Assembly: GCA_951406725.2 (NCBI GenBank) | Contig: OX597824.1 | Span: forward strand, 47,058,001-47,122,000 | Length of the DNA stretch: 64,000 bases | Direction of reading: 5' to 3' | Origin: Octopus vulgaris | Taxonomy: Eukaryota | Shown here: piece after piece, positions 27,379 through 42,092 of the stretch | Layout: every line of letters starts with the position of its first letter | Numbering within the stretch: position 1 is the first letter of the stretch | Translations under genes and position numbers: made by a program | The notes under the pieces: generated by a model | What the model was told of the DNA's origin: nothing | Seen by the model: the letters and a program-made list of their open reading frames with translations, nothing else | The model's database searches: none

Positions 27379-27816
27379 AGATCATGTATTAGCGCTTTCT
27401 CCCATTCTAATGGGGTTTTCAAATCAAACTAAGTTCCTGTGTAAAACGTTTTGACCATGTTATAGTGTTATTGAGTGTGTAGTGGTGGGGAGGGATATAA
27501 GACAGTACAAGAGGGTGATGGATGGGGAGAAAGTGAGAGAGAGAGAGAGAGCATGTATGTGTGTGTGTGCGTGTGTGTATGTTTTTGTATTTGGAAGGAG
27601 TGTTTAAAGAAAAAGAGGGGAAGGGTGAGGGAAGAAAAAGAAAAAAAATTTTTTGTTCTGCTGGACAGGATGTTTAGGGTCCAACATCTTGGGGGAAAAG
27701 AATTTAAGTTTTGACCATTTCATAATGTTATTGAGTGTGTAGTGGCGGGGAGGGACATAAGAAGGTAGACCATAAATTATATTTCCTTTTTATCATTGTG
27801 AGAGAGAGTGTGTGTG

Positions 27817-27901
<85 letters not shown>

Positions 27902-28152
27902 AAGAGAGAGAGACATATAAGGATGTATATGCATATATACATATACGTATATACATATGCACATATATAAACATACACGCACTTACATACATACACACAC
28001 ACAAACACACACACACTTCAGCTGAAAGAGCTAATAAAAGGTTTACTCGTTTACTCGATCAGAGTTGATTCGAATCAAAATAAACCAGTAATTCTATCTC
28101 TACTGTGAAACTCAAGTAAATCACTTCCCTATTTCCTTTGTCTTGCAAACAG

Positions 28153-28326
28153 CTATGGTCGGAGAACGTTCGCCATCTCAAACCAACGCTGGGACTAAGT
28201 GCAGCTACCATGGAAAGATATATAAGATAACGGAAACATTCGTGGCGATAGATCAATGTAATTCCTGTGAATGCATATTCCCGGGACAAGTATTATGCAC
28301 TCATAACATTTGTGAACAAAGTAAAG
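28153..28326 (+). CDS. Exon 7: six-Cys module
   Basis: cttgcaaacag|CT...AAAG|gtaaga; 174 bp; (A)MVGERSPSQTNAGTKCSYHGKIYKITETFVAIDQCNSCECIFPGQVLCTHNICEQSK. Confidence 0.9.
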
Positions 28327-30743
28327 GTAAGATGAATTGGTATATTTTTTCTCAAAAAAAAAAAATAATAATAATAATAAATAATAAACAAACAGGACAC
28401 CTATCGGAACTACAGTGCGAATTACTTTGATCTTTCAGAAAAGAAAGGAAAGTGAAACGTCGGATTACATGCTATATTTAACCCGCATACTACTGATACT
28501 TAATTTAACGTTGGTGGTGAAAAGATAAATCGGTTCCAAAGTGATTTGAACTTGGAGAGTCGAGTTCAACATTTTATCCTAATCATCAACCTCGCCTGTC
28601 TTATAAAATTGTAAAAATTACATCACGTATAACCGCTATGTTTTTCTTTTTGAAGGTTGAAATGCAGTGTAAAGGGTCGTTGAAATTACATCCATCGCTC
28701 TGGATGTTTATGGTAGAGAGGTGTATGCATTTGTTAAGAACCACTGAAGCGTGTGAGACACGTGAATTAGTGATTAGTGTTTTGTACTTACGATCGTAAA
28801 ATTGGGGTTTGAATCTTGGACCTGGCGATTCGTTGTGTTTTTCAGCAAAACACTTCATTTGGCGTTGCGCCATTCCATTCAGCTGGTAAAAATGCGAAAT
28901 ACTACGACGGATCGACTTCACATCCAGTGGGAGATATATACGCAGAATCCGGAAAACCGATCTTATAAACCTGACACGGGAAGAACCTTTTTTTTTAAGT
29001 TGAAATGTAAGAGATGTATACAAGCACGAACAACCAGTAATCAACTGCTAACTAATTAAAAAAATATTTGCCCTAGAAATTCTTAGAAGCCACATCCGAA
29101 TATCGTATGCAAAATTTTTTTGTAGGAACTGATAGAGAAGAGAAAGAGAGATGGAGTGAATGAAATAGATATGTGAGCTTAGAAAGATGACGATAGAAAC
29201 ATTCTGTTATTCGGATAAGTTTGCTAAACGATGTTTATTCTAAAGGTACAGCTTCCGACTGAAAGATAGAAGTGAAGAATATGCACATCAACGATAAGTG
29301 CTTTTGGCAATAAATAGATACTAAAAATTTACACTACCCATGTTAAGGAATGATATATTTTCCGATAAAATATTTCGTTTCCTTTGCAATAGGTGTAAAT
29401 ACATTTTGTATTTTCATCTGTCAGGTGAAATGTAGATTTGTTCTAATATTTGATTCATCAATATTTACTAGAAATTCAAGCTGTACATTACTTCAGAAAA
29501 TGCAAGCAAACAGTCATTCCTTTAACATTTTCCTTTATGACTTGCACCAATCATTATAACGTTTTTCTTTCATCTGTCAGGCGTCATAGAGTAGGTTTTC
29601 CGGCGCTCACCAGATTTTAGTGAAGATCTTAGTAAGTGCAATTTAATAATTGCTAGTAACAGGTTCTAATTTCATCTCGTCTGATGTTCATCAACTCGTT
29701 AATGTATACTTCTAACTAGGAAAGCAAATCTATAGAATTAATTCTGTCGCTATCGCGTTAGTAAGGGAAATATATAAGCTGTACAGAAAATAATGAATGT
29801 GAATGTGAATATATTTTCTACTTGTCGCCACTATTTGACTACGATCAGTGTAAGTAGCACACCACGTGAAGTAAATAAAACTTATATTTCTGATTTACGA
29901 AATTTTCATTTTGAATGGGGTGGCTTTGCCTTGTTTATCCTCTCTAAAAATGCAACATTCGTGAACTGCATTTAAAACGTTAGCTTCCTTTTAAAGCGTT
30001 AAACTAATAACATATTTGTTGAAAGTTGTTTCGTTTTATTTTTATGTGTGTGTATATATATATATAATGTATGTATATGTATATATACACATATTCTTTT
30101 CATTGTTTCAGTCTTTGAACTGCTGGAGCTTCGCCTCCAAGGATTTTAGTCAAACGAATCTATATTTCCCTTTCTCTTAGCTTTGTACATATTCTATACT
30201 CTCTGAGAATGGAATAAGCAGAGCAAGAGCACACGCGAAGACACAAAGTGTCACTGAGGAGATCACAGATGTGTGACGAAAGATTTCCAGACAATGGACA
30301 TGAGTTAGACTAAGAACAGTAATAAACGAGTGAAGAACGATATATAATGCCTTTGTTTATTTAGCAAAAAAAATTACCATCTCAAATTACAGCAATATAT
30401 TTATACGTATATATATATACATATATATACATATATATATACATACATAATACATACATACATGCATGCATACATACATACATACATACATACATACATA
30501 CATACATACATACATACGTACGTACATACATACATACATACATTCATACATACATACATACATACATACATACATACATACATACATACATACATACATA
30601 CATACATACATACATACATACATACATACATACGTATGTGTGTATGTGTATTGGGGATACAACTTGATTTTTTCTTCAAAAACAATTTCCATATTTTCAC
30701 TTTTTGAACACATTTTGAACGTCTCACTCTGTCTTTCAAACAG

Positions 30744-30935
30744 GTAAGCGCGCAGAAGCTCAGGCATCTCAAATCAACAAGTACCCTATAATCAACCTTG
30801 AAATGAAATGCTTCTACCATGGAAAGATTTATAAAATAACAGAAACATTTATATCAGTCGATGAATGTAACTCCTGTGAGTGCATATATCCTGGACGAGT
30901 GATTTGTGGTCAGAGCATTTGTGAAGAAACGATAG
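30744..30935 (+). CDS. Exon 8: six-Cys module (alternative in-frame start 30756)
   Basis: ctttcaaacag|GTAAG...ATAG|gtgaga; 192 bp; (G)KRAEAQASQINKYPIINLEMKCFYHGKIYKITETFISVDECNSCECIYPGRVICGQSICEETI. Confidence 0.85.
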
Positions 30936-31485
30936 GTGAGAAGTTACGAAGATTTTCTTTTAGACCTTTCAAAAATTCTTGCTTTATTTATTTTCAGTTT
31001 TAATCTAGAAGGCAGTGGATTGATAAAAGCACTGGAACGTCAGATTTTATGCTTTTAGAGTTTAATTCACATATTGCAATGTGGACCCACAATCTATTTA
31101 GATTTTCAGAAAACTGACGGAATAAACATGTTTAATTAATTAGTTTTGAGTGCAAGTCCCACCGGAGTCGATATTTTTAATTCACTCTCTCAGAATTGAT
31201 GAAAATAAGTTCGAAGTACTAATCTGTTGCTAAACAACTTAATTTTTATGGTTTTTAGTTTAGGCACAAGACAAAGCATTCTTGAGAGTGAAGGATTTGT
31301 CGATACCATCGACACCAGTACTTGACTGGTAATTTATTTTATCAACCACAAAAGTTAAAGTTGATCTTAGTGGTATTTAACTCAGAACGTAAAGAACCAA
31401 AAGAAATGCCACAAAGCATTCTTCACCGACTCTCTGATGATTCTGATAGCTCACCGTCTTGACACTTTGCTTGCTTCTCCGCCAT

Positions 31486-31560
<75 letters not shown>

Positions 31561-31697
31561 TTAAAACACAGCAAGTCTTGTGTCGTGGAATATATAACTA
31601 GAAGGGATAATTTGAGTTAGAATGCAAATGATTTGCAACGAAAACTCTATCTTTGACAATGCTTAATTTGTTAAACGGTCTTACTTTATTTTTGCAG

Positions 31698-31865
31698 TCG
31701 CTAAACCTATGCCGAACCCTTCACTTACAGTGGCTTTGACGTGTGAATATGATGGTGTTACATATAAAGCAGGCATTTCATTTATCAGTGCTGATGGTTG
31801 CAATAAATGCCGATGTACACCACAAGGGAAAATCGCCTGTTTGAAAAGTGTGTGTCCCGCTAAAG
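31698..31865 (+). CDS. Exon 9: six-Cys module (absent from ORF track)
   Basis: tttttgcag|TC...AAAG|gtagaa; 168 bp; (V)AKPMPNPSLTVALTCEYDGVTYKAGISFISADGCNKCRCTPQGKIACLKSVCPAK. Confidence 0.9.
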
Positions 31866-31955
31866 GTAGAATAATTCCTATTTATTAGTATTGAGGGGCT
31901 ACCCATTTGTTTGTGTATATGTTTATGAAATCTCTACTAATCATGTTTACATATA

Positions 31956-32029
<74 letters not shown>

Positions 32030-32044
32030 TACATATATACATAC

Positions 32045-32106
<62 letters not shown>

Positions 32107-33096
32107 ATACATATACACACATAAGTATATATATAGATATATATACATGCATATGTGTGTGTGTGTGTGTGTGTGTTACATGAAGAATGTGTGTTTTTGT
32201 AGTTGAAGGATTTGAGTACTATGTCTACAAACCACTAGAAAAACAGAAAACTCATTACTATGATGAAATAATATATATTTCAGAAATCGAAAAACATCAA
32301 TATATCCCTGTTTCTGACAGTTTCGTTCATCGATACTTAAGGCTGAGTAAATATTTTCGAGCTGTATTTTATTAGAAATAGGTGTCTTCTCCATAAGATG
32401 TACGATATCTAATAGAATGGTACTTAAATGTTATAAGGGTACTTAAGTGTTTAGCTTTTGAAATAAGGGAGTATATGTGTGTGCTCGTGTGTGTGTGTGT
32501 GTGTACGTGTTTGTGTGTGTGTGGTTGGGTGCTTATGTGATTGCCTGAGTTCTCGGCATAGAACTGTAGGGGTGTGGTAGGAGTATGAAGATGTTTTTAA
32601 TGAGTTAATGAACGGCTGTAAGTGAGTGCTGGGTAGTGGCAGGGTGGAATGTAAATTTAGCTGATAGGAAGACGCAGGGTTAATAGAGGTGAAGCTAAGA
32701 AACAAATGTGTGGTAACTAACTGAGAATGCTTAAGATTAATTACTCGTTTCTGAGTGAAAACAGCATTCTCGGTTTGGAGCTAGGTGTGCTTGTGCGTGA
32801 TTGAAAATTTGAGATTTGGTTGAGTAAATGATGATTCTCCTGTATACATGAGATCAGTGTAGCTCCATAGACACACATGTGCACATACACACACACACAC
32901 AAGCACACAAGATGTGGCGCAGGAGTGGTTGTGTAGTAAGTAGCTTGCTTACCAAGCACATGGTTCCGGGTTCAGTCCCACTGCGTGGCATCTTGGGCAA
33001 GTGTCTTCTACTATAGCCTCGGGCCGACCAAAGCCTTGTAAGTGGATTTGGTAGACGGAAACTGATAGAAACCCATCGTATATATGTGTGAGTGTG

Positions 33097-33194
<98 letters not shown>

Positions 33195-33399
33195 TGCGTT
33201 TGTCCCCACCAACATTGCTTGACAACCGATGCTGGTGTGTTTATGTCCCCGTAACTGAGCGGTTAGGCAAAAGGCACCGATAGAATAAGTACTGGGCTTA
33301 CGAAGAATAAGTCCTGGGGTCGATTTGCTCATCTAAAGGCTGTGCTTCAGTGTGGCCGCAGTCAAATGACTGAAACAAGTAAAAGAATGTGGAATGTGT

Positions 33400-34800
33400 G
33401 TTGACCCTTTCATTTTGGCAACAAGTAAGAGAGTGAAGTTACACAGAGGTACAGCCAGAGTTTATTCACTACTCCTCTTCTCATGTCTCTGCATACTGCT
33501 GCTTGGTTGCAGTTAAATTGTCTATTGTTCTTCTCATGGTTATTCTCTTTTGATGTCGGAGTTTTTCACTGACAGTTTTTAGCTCTTGCTTGAAGGTAAT
33601 CAGTTTGCAAGTGAGTGTTCTCTTTTTGCTGTCTCCAAATATCATTTCTATCTCCTTCTTTACTTTCTGTTGGTGGGACGTATAGTGATTTGCTTGTCTG
33701 CACGCAATAAGCATCCTTACATGACTGATGGTCTTCTGTAAACTAGTTATCTTTTTCTCTGTCTTCAAAACCCATGATGGTACTTTGTTTGTTGTTTCGG
33801 ATTTGTTTACTTTTTCAATGTCACTCATGTACTGCTTTACAGTAGCAGCCAGTGAATATAGACAGGCGTTAATCTGCCAGAATGTGGGTTCATCACAATG
33901 CTGTATATACTCATCACCAATTTCGTTAACAGCTTTTAATACTGTATCTGGTGTTTTTTTACTTACTTTGGTAGAGGATGCTCTCTCCTCGAGAGAGTAC
34001 TTCAAAGCCAAAGTTATTTTTTCTCGGAAAATTTCAGTAAGTGCACATTTCACCAAAAAATAATCCTGACTACCACTACTACTACTACTACTACAATAAT
34101 CGTTGCGGTTATGCCTACTATTTACTATAGTCGTTGTAGGGGGATAGTGACCAGTTAATTGAGCCAATAATGTTGTTTGGCTGGCAGGTACTATGGAATC
34201 TGTTGGAATATCGCTAGCTGCGAAACCACGCGGTGGTCTTATATCATTCACGTTTTCATTTTTGTTTATAGAGTTGGGAAGGCGGTTAATTTTCGATTTT
34301 TTTAAAAAATAAAGCTTGTTACTAACCTTTTTCCTATGTTCTACAAATGTTGCTTGTTGGCGTAGATGCTTCGCAGTAAAATTCTTTAATTATGGATGCA
34401 GATCGTCCCACTATGATTTCAGTCGATTCATATAGCCAACAGTGGGATTTTCTTTCGTTTTTTTGTAGCAGTTAAATAGATCAGTATTAAATTAATAACG
34501 CCAAGAGAAATGAGTTTTGTAATTAAGGTTTCCTCTATAACTACAGCTAGAAAGAATTTACTTATCTGTTGAGCTGCTGATTTCGTTCTGTTCCTCGGTT
34601 GTGTTGTTGATGTTGTGTCCAGCCATGTTGTTTGTAGTAACTCTCTGCATGCTAAATTCAAGTTTCATTCGAAAATCACTACGATCGTGAATAAAAGGCT
34701 CCCTTAGTTAATTCATCTGAAGATCAGCCAGTTATTTAACAAGGCTGATAGTTGTGACTCCAAAGTTGGAGATAGGATTCATCGTGGATCTTTTCAATCT
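33400..34800 (-). mobile_element. Non-LTR retrotransposon (R4/Dong-like) N-terminal fragment
   Basis: ORF 33481..34251 with FWQINACLYSLAA...PSWVLKTEKKITSLQKTIS...KQELK...KLRHQKR, resembling the pre-RT region of R4-clade elements. Clade assigned by resemblance only. Confidence 0.55.
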
Positions 34801-35639
34801 GACAAAGATACACACCCAAATATAGATATTTGTGTGTGTATCTTTGTGCCTGTGTTTGTCCCCTACCCAACATCACTTGACAACCGATGGTGGTGTGTTT
34901 ACGTCACCGTAACTTAGCAGTTTGGCAAAATGGAGCCGATAGAATAAGTACTAGACTTACAAAGAATAAGTCCTGGGGTCGATTAGTTCGACTAAAAACC
35001 CTTTAAATCGGTGCTCCGGTATGGCCGCAGTTAAAATGACTGAAACGAGTTAAAGAATAAAAGAATAAAGGAATATACATACATACATACATACATACAT
35101 ACATACATACATACATACATACATACATACATACATACATACACCTATATATGTATGGACGATCTAATACACATACCCACGAACATAAACATGTATACAT
35201 ACCAAAACACACTCATCAACAGATAAACAACTATAATTGCGTAAGTATATACAAATATAAGTATTGTCAATATGATTACATTATATAATATAATGTATGA
35301 CCTCATTCACAGCATGATTTTCGTCTCTCATACGTTTTTTCTCCTGCTTCCTGACTTTATACTTGATTCTCATATTCTAATTATACATTACTATATATTT
35401 TTATATATTTTAATTTACATGTTACGAGGTATTTTCTTTTAGATATTTTCCCAATTATCATGTTTTTATAATATGATGCGTACATGAGTTTAAAACGAGC
35501 AATACATTTCTAACTACGGCTGCGTATATGCATGTGTTTATAAACATGTGTATATATATTTGATATGTATGTATGTGTGTATGTATGTGTGTATGTATGT
35601 ACGTATGTATGTACGTATGTATGTATGTGTGTATGTATC

Positions 35640-36460
35640 TTTGGTTTGTGCCAGAGATCATGGCGCTCCCACATCCCTGAGCCTGCGACTCATATTGGCA
35701 CCAGACATCTCGCTCTGGCTTTTCTCTGGATAATGTCAAGAGTGGAGAGGGTCTATAAGGTGTCGTACAAGCCTTATTGGACCTAAAACTCTACACAGGC
35801 ATTGCTGACTTCTGCTCGATATGTGCTGCTTTCCCCACCACAACCACAACCACCCTATATATATTTATTTTATTTTCAGTATATATGTATCTTTCTTTTT
35901 AGTACATATTTATTTTATTTTTATTCGGAAGTCCTTCAGCGATGGGAAGGTAGCGAAGCATGCAGACCTGATGGGTTGGAAGCATGTAGTTAGTGACCTG
36001 CACATAGGCGGCCCATGCTAGATACAAAGTCGTCTCCTTATCGATCAAGACAGCGAAAGGATTCGGTTGCTGCATAGTTGTCTGAGCAGCTCCATTTGGA
36101 GAGGGCACTGCCCACCTGGAGGCCAAGGAGGTTCTAGAAAAAGTGAACCAAAAATTGCCTGGCTTTCTATATCTAGTCAGTTTAGCACTACTGATGGATG
36201 TCCACCCTGCGCTCGAAAAACAAAGAGACTTTTTTTTACAAAATCTGGATGGAACTTAAACATTTCATGTTGAAATGTGTGCACTTTGTTAGATAACAAG
36301 AGTGATTGTAGGCCTCAAAGACGCACTGCACTTGTTGCGTGCGAGATGAACCGCTATAACATTGATATAGCTACATTTTCCGAGATTCGTATTGAAAGTG
36401 ATGGTCAGTTTGAGGAAGTAGGAGGTGGATACACCTTTTTTTGGAAGGGGAGGCTGAAAG
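35640..36460 (+). mobile_element. RTE-clade LINE 5' fragment (AP endonuclease start)
   Basis: NISC*NVCTLLDNK...RPQRRTALVACEMNRYNIDIATFSEIRIESDGQFEEVGGGYTFFWKGR, typical of RTE/BovB endonucleases. Confidence 0.85.
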
Positions 36461-37140
36461 AGGAGTGCTTACATCTATATACGTGTATATATATGTGTCT
36501 GTGTATGTGTGTGTCTATGTATATATGCATGTCTGTATAAATACATGTAAGCGTGACTCATATAATCACATGTAAGTACGTGTTATCATGTACGTACTCA
36601 TTTCGAGTGATTCTAGGGTAGTAATAGGACTTCTGTCGCCAGAACATCCACCTTGAAAATACTATGCTGTTAACCCTTATTCCATCCTCTCTTCCCTCAC
36701 CCCAAAAATTTTTTATCTGTTTTCTACTCATCTCTTCATCTCTGATTATTTATCTTGTCCTATATATAGAAATAAATTGGTTGTGGCACTGTCCGTTGAT
36801 TGTTTATGGTCCCTTGACATCTGACATCTAACCCTAACCCTAACCCTAATTTCCATGATACAGTATCATGGAAGTATATAAGAGATAGGGGTAGTGAAAA
36901 ATGTTGAGGAATCCAAACCTGAAGATTGGAAATATGTCGACCCGAGTAAGTATTGAAACTAGATACCTCGTATCTAATGAGTACCGACGTACTTTCATGA
37001 AACACGTGTAGTATTATAAACGGAAATACAGGATTCAGAATAGATATAGTTAGTATAAGATTTAATTTTTAACTTTTTATGGAGTGGTGGGTATAAAACC
37101 TTTCAGTGTTGGTTGAGTTGAGCGTGGGTCTGTCTCTAAA

Positions 37141-37186
<46 letters not shown>

Positions 37187-37317
37187 GCTCACAAAAGTAT
37201 GTACGTACGTATATATATACATACATAACATGTGTGTGTGTATATATATATTTACACACACATGATATATATTTATACACTACACATATGTGTACGTATA
37301 TACGTGTGTACGTATAT

Positions 37318-37375
<58 letters not shown>

Positions 37376-38391
37376 GTGAAAGAAAGGGATGGGAAAAGTA
37401 GTTACACGGCACACATGTTTCAAAAGTTCGCAATTCGTATTATGAATCTCTACACCGTCTCATAGCAATAACGTACACTTCATCTTGCGGTGCATACCTC
37501 TTGTTATGCAAAATCATTTGCCGTTATCAATTATCTGAGAAAAGCAAAATAGAAACAACATACACATTTTGGCAATCATATAGAGAGTGGAGAGTAGTTT
37601 TGATAAACAGCCAATTGTGCGTCCCCATGAATCACTTTACGGTGATAGAAATGGGTGTGGTCTTCAGAAATACATTTTGTTATTTACATCATCTGATTTA
37701 CAGTATGGATAGAAACATCTAACATGTTTAATGTTTTCCCAATGCGATGATTAATTTCGTTGTGTAGGCGCCATGCTAGAGAGTTTTAAAACCCAAGAAA
37801 GGAATGTTTATAAATTAGAGAAGATAAAACGTGTTATAAAAGGCTAATAAAAGAATTAAGAAAAAATTCTAGATATAGTGACGTTTGTAATTTGCGTGTA
37901 TCTACGTAAAGGTATATACACACGCCAATGCATTAAAAAAGCATTCAGAAGCACGCATACGCAACACGCTCATAAATAAATATGTGTGTGTATATATGTA
38001 TATATTTGTAAGTATATGTATATATATGTATATGTATATACGTATGTGTGTTTGTAAATGTGAGCGTATTCACTTTTGCGTGTACATTTATGTGTGCGTA
38101 TATATGCATGTGTATACTTATATCCTGCTAAATCCGTATTTACTACTACTCTTTACACCTTTGGCCTTCACCACTCTTATCTACCCGTTTGTTATCCTCC
38201 CTCTTTTGCTGATCTCTCCATTCATTTCGCTCATCTAACCCCACTGTGACTCATATCCCTCCTTCCCACGTAAATTTGGATATTGGTGATAACATAACTG
38301 TAAAAAATAAATAAACCAAAGTTATAGTTCTATATAGATTATATGTTACTAGACAATGTAATGAATATATATATATATGTATATATTGCAG

Positions 38392-38583
38392 TTTTCACAG
38401 AGAGAAAAGAAACAATGCATATTAAATTAAATCCAAACCCTCTAACTAAGTCATATACGTGCCTGTACAATGGCTTTTTCTTTGAAGTTGGTGAAGTTTT
38501 CAATTCAGTTGATGACTGTGATACTTGCGAATGTAAGAAAACGAAGCAAGTAGTTTGTACTAAAAACACTAAATGTCTTCCAG
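38392..38583 (+). CDS. Exon 10: six-Cys module (alternative in-frame acceptor 38401)
   Basis: ttgcag|TTTTCACAG|AG...CCAG|gtaggg; (V)FTERKETMHIKLNPNPLTKSYTCLYNGFFFEVGEVFNSVDDCDTCECKKTKQVVCTKNTKCLP. Confidence 0.85.
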
Positions 38584-39028
38584 GTAGGGTGATATATCTA
38601 TAATGCATTTTACTGTGTTAACATTATCTTCTAGCTTAACATATTTAAACGCTTTCTTATTGTATTTATCTCAATAGTGCTGGATGCCTCTTACATTTTT
38701 TACAATTATATTTTTATTCTATCATTATGGATTAGTCTCTAGAGGTCACCATCTTCATCATCATCACTGTAGTCATTTTGACGTCCCTTTTTCCATCTTC
38801 ACGTGGGTCGCACAGAGTTCGTTGAGAAATATTTTCTACAAGCAGATACGCTTCCAATCGTGAACTCTTATCTGCTTTCAAGTAAGGTGATAGATACTTC
38901 CTTCAATGCCAGATGTTTATTCACAGAAGATTGAAAACGAACGACGCCATTTGTATGATGATGTCCCTTTATAACCATTTTGTGATGTCAAGGCAAGCAG
39001 ACAGACAGGCACACACACAGACACACAC

Positions 39029-39137
<109 letters not shown>

Positions 39138-40017
39138 GGTCTTTTTCAGTTTCCGTCTACCACAAGGTTTTGGTTAGCCTGGGCTATTGTAGAAGACATT
39201 TAGGTGCCTTTCAGTGGAACTGAACCCCAAACTATATGGTTGGAAAGCGAAATTCTTAACGCAGCCATGCATGTCTGAAAAACTTCACACTAGACCTTTT
39301 TTTTTTTTTTTTTTTGCAACCCATCTTTAGAATGTTCACAGTATTATTGAAATGATTATTCAATTATTTTGACTAAGCACAACCTCAGCTTTCACGGGAA
39401 AATGTACAATAGATTTAACTGAACGTTGGATATCTCTGGAGTTTAATTTATTGATCCTAAAACTATTGAAAATCAGACTTAGTGGGGATTAGTAATTCAG
39501 AACATATAGTAACAAAACAATACAGTGTTGCTTCATCTCCCTCACTGAAATAAATATTACGATTTTATCTTCTTTTATTGAGTACCGTAGAATGCTGGTA
39601 TGATGTTACTATTTCATTTCTCGTAATCGTTGTATCCACTATTTGTAGCTGTGGTCAATAGCTTGGACAAGATGGAATGTTATATGTTTACTTCCTCTTA
39701 AGACACGACTACATGAAGACAGCCTTATGTGATGAAACTGTCCACTAAATGCGAATAATGATTTTTAAATATACTTTCCTTTTTCTTTCTTGTTTTTTTT
39801 TTCCTTTTACATGTTTCACTCATTAGACTGTAGCCATGCTGGAGCACCGCCTTGAAGAATTATTTAGTCGAATGAATCAACCCCATTACTTTTTTAAAGC
39901 CTGGTACTTATTCTATCGATCTCTTTTACCGAACCGCCAAGTTACTGGGACATAAACACACTAACATTGGTTCCAAGCGGTGGGGGACAAGCACAAACAC
40001 AAAGAAGCACACACGCA

Positions 40018-40078
<61 letters not shown>

Positions 40079-41207
40079 TTCTTTATTGCCCACACGGGGC
40101 TAAACATAGAGGGGACAAACAAGGACACACAAAGGGATTAAGTCGATTACATCGACCCCAGTGTGTAACTGGTACTTACTTATCGACCCCGAAAGGATGA
40201 AAGGCAAAGTCGACCTCGGCGGAATTTGAATTCACAACGTAACGACAGACGAAATACGGCTACGCATTTCGCCCGGCCTGCTAACGTTTGTGCCAGCTCG
40301 CCGCCTGACGGCCTTCTTTCAGTTCCGTCTACCAAATCCACTAACAAGGCTTCGGTCTACTCGAGGCTATAGTAAAAGACACTTGTCCAAAGTGCCACGC
40401 AGTGGGACTAAAACCAGAACCATGTGGTTGGGAAGCAAGTTTTTTGCCACACAGCCATACCTGCGCCTACTTGATTTAGGATAAACAACACACACTATCT
40501 ACCATCACATACGGGGAAAGGAAAATTAGTCGGGTAGCTAGATGATCGAACTATCGGATCGTGAGACATGATCGTTGTGTATTTGGACCGTGCACGTACT
40601 TATGCTCGTTAGAAATAGGTGTCAGGTAGTGTTGTGTACGAAAGACTTGCATTCTGTCCAATGAGAAGTGTTCAGTTTGGTCCATTTGAAACTGGAATCA
40701 AATAGCCAGAACCCTGATCCGGTGGTAAAACAACCACAAATTATTTAGGATGTATATTTATCCTTTTACCAACAGTGGTAAGTTGTTCACAACTAGCTCC
40801 TTGATGGCAAATTTCATAGATGCAATTTTGGTTGCGATCCTATGGCACATCAAGCACGTGTTTTTAGACCGTAGCCTCGATCCAACCAAAACCTTACAAG
40901 GAAAATTCAGTAGATGGAAATTATGTGGAGGTCCATCAGATAAACTTTGTTTGGAGCAATAGCATAATTTAATCCTCTACCCAGCTAAATATCACCACCT
41001 TTGAGTTTATTCCATTGCAAGCATTAGGGATCGCGCCTCCGGTCTGAGGGTAACTTCTCACGAGTCTCGGAAGCCCCAAGAATGGTCATGAGTAATACCT
41101 TTCCTCTTGTTGTGAATGAAATACGAAGTCTGTCTTCTATATCCCATTGAGGGTTAATACAAAATATTGGAAAAATAAATGTTTACCTTCCTTCTTTTTC
41201 TTTTCAG

Positions 41208-41366
41208 TTATCCAAATTCCACCAACTGCAAAACTCGAATGTAGATTTCAAGGCATCTCCTATAAAATTGGTACAGTGTTTGTCTCAAAGGATGGCTGTA
41301 GTACATGCAAATGCTCGACAGAGTTGCGCATAATGTGCAGTGACAGTTTTTGTATTCCCAAGATAG
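41208..41366 (+). CDS. Exon 11: six-Cys module
   Basis: ttcttttcag|TT...ATAG|gtaata; 159 bp; (V)IQIPPTAKLECRFQGISYKIGTVFVSKDGCSTCKCSTELRIMCSDSFCIPKI. Confidence 0.9.
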
Positions 41367-41587
41367 GTAATAAGCCTGCTGTTATTTTGTTATTTTATTA
41401 CCGTGTAATATATTCCACTATTTCTTTTACTACTGGTATTATTGATGTTGTTAAGCTGATGATGACGATGATAATAATGATGATGATGATGATGATGATG
41501 ATGCCAGGGCAGAGAGTGGATTTATGTGGAAAATTTGGAAATGCTATATGACTTTTTGCAATATTTTGAGTAGATGGAAACCAAACT

Positions 41588-41652
<65 letters not shown>

Positions 41653-42092
41653 CGCGTGGCTTAGTGATTAGGGGCATTCGGCTCATGATCGTACGGTCGT
41701 GAGTTCAATTCCCGGTGGCGCGTTGTGTCCTTGAGCAAGACACTTTATTTCACATTGCTCCAGTCCACTCAGCTGGCAAAAGTGAGTAGTACTTGTATTT
41801 CAAAGGGCCAGCCTTGTCACACCCTGTGTCACGCAGAAACTCCCCGGGAACTATGTTAAAGGTACACGTGTCTGTGGAGTGCTCAGCCACTTGCACGTAA
41901 ATTTCACGAGCAGGCTGTTTCGTTGATCGGATCAACTGGATCCCTTGTCGTCGTAACCGACAGAGCACCAGTATTAGTAGCAATGTTAAACAGGGATGAT
42001 GATGGCGGCGGGGGAGGAAGAGGGGAGTGGGAGGAGGAGGGGAAGGTGAGGGGAGGAGGCGGGGGATGTTGGAGAAGGGGTGTGAGGGTGAA

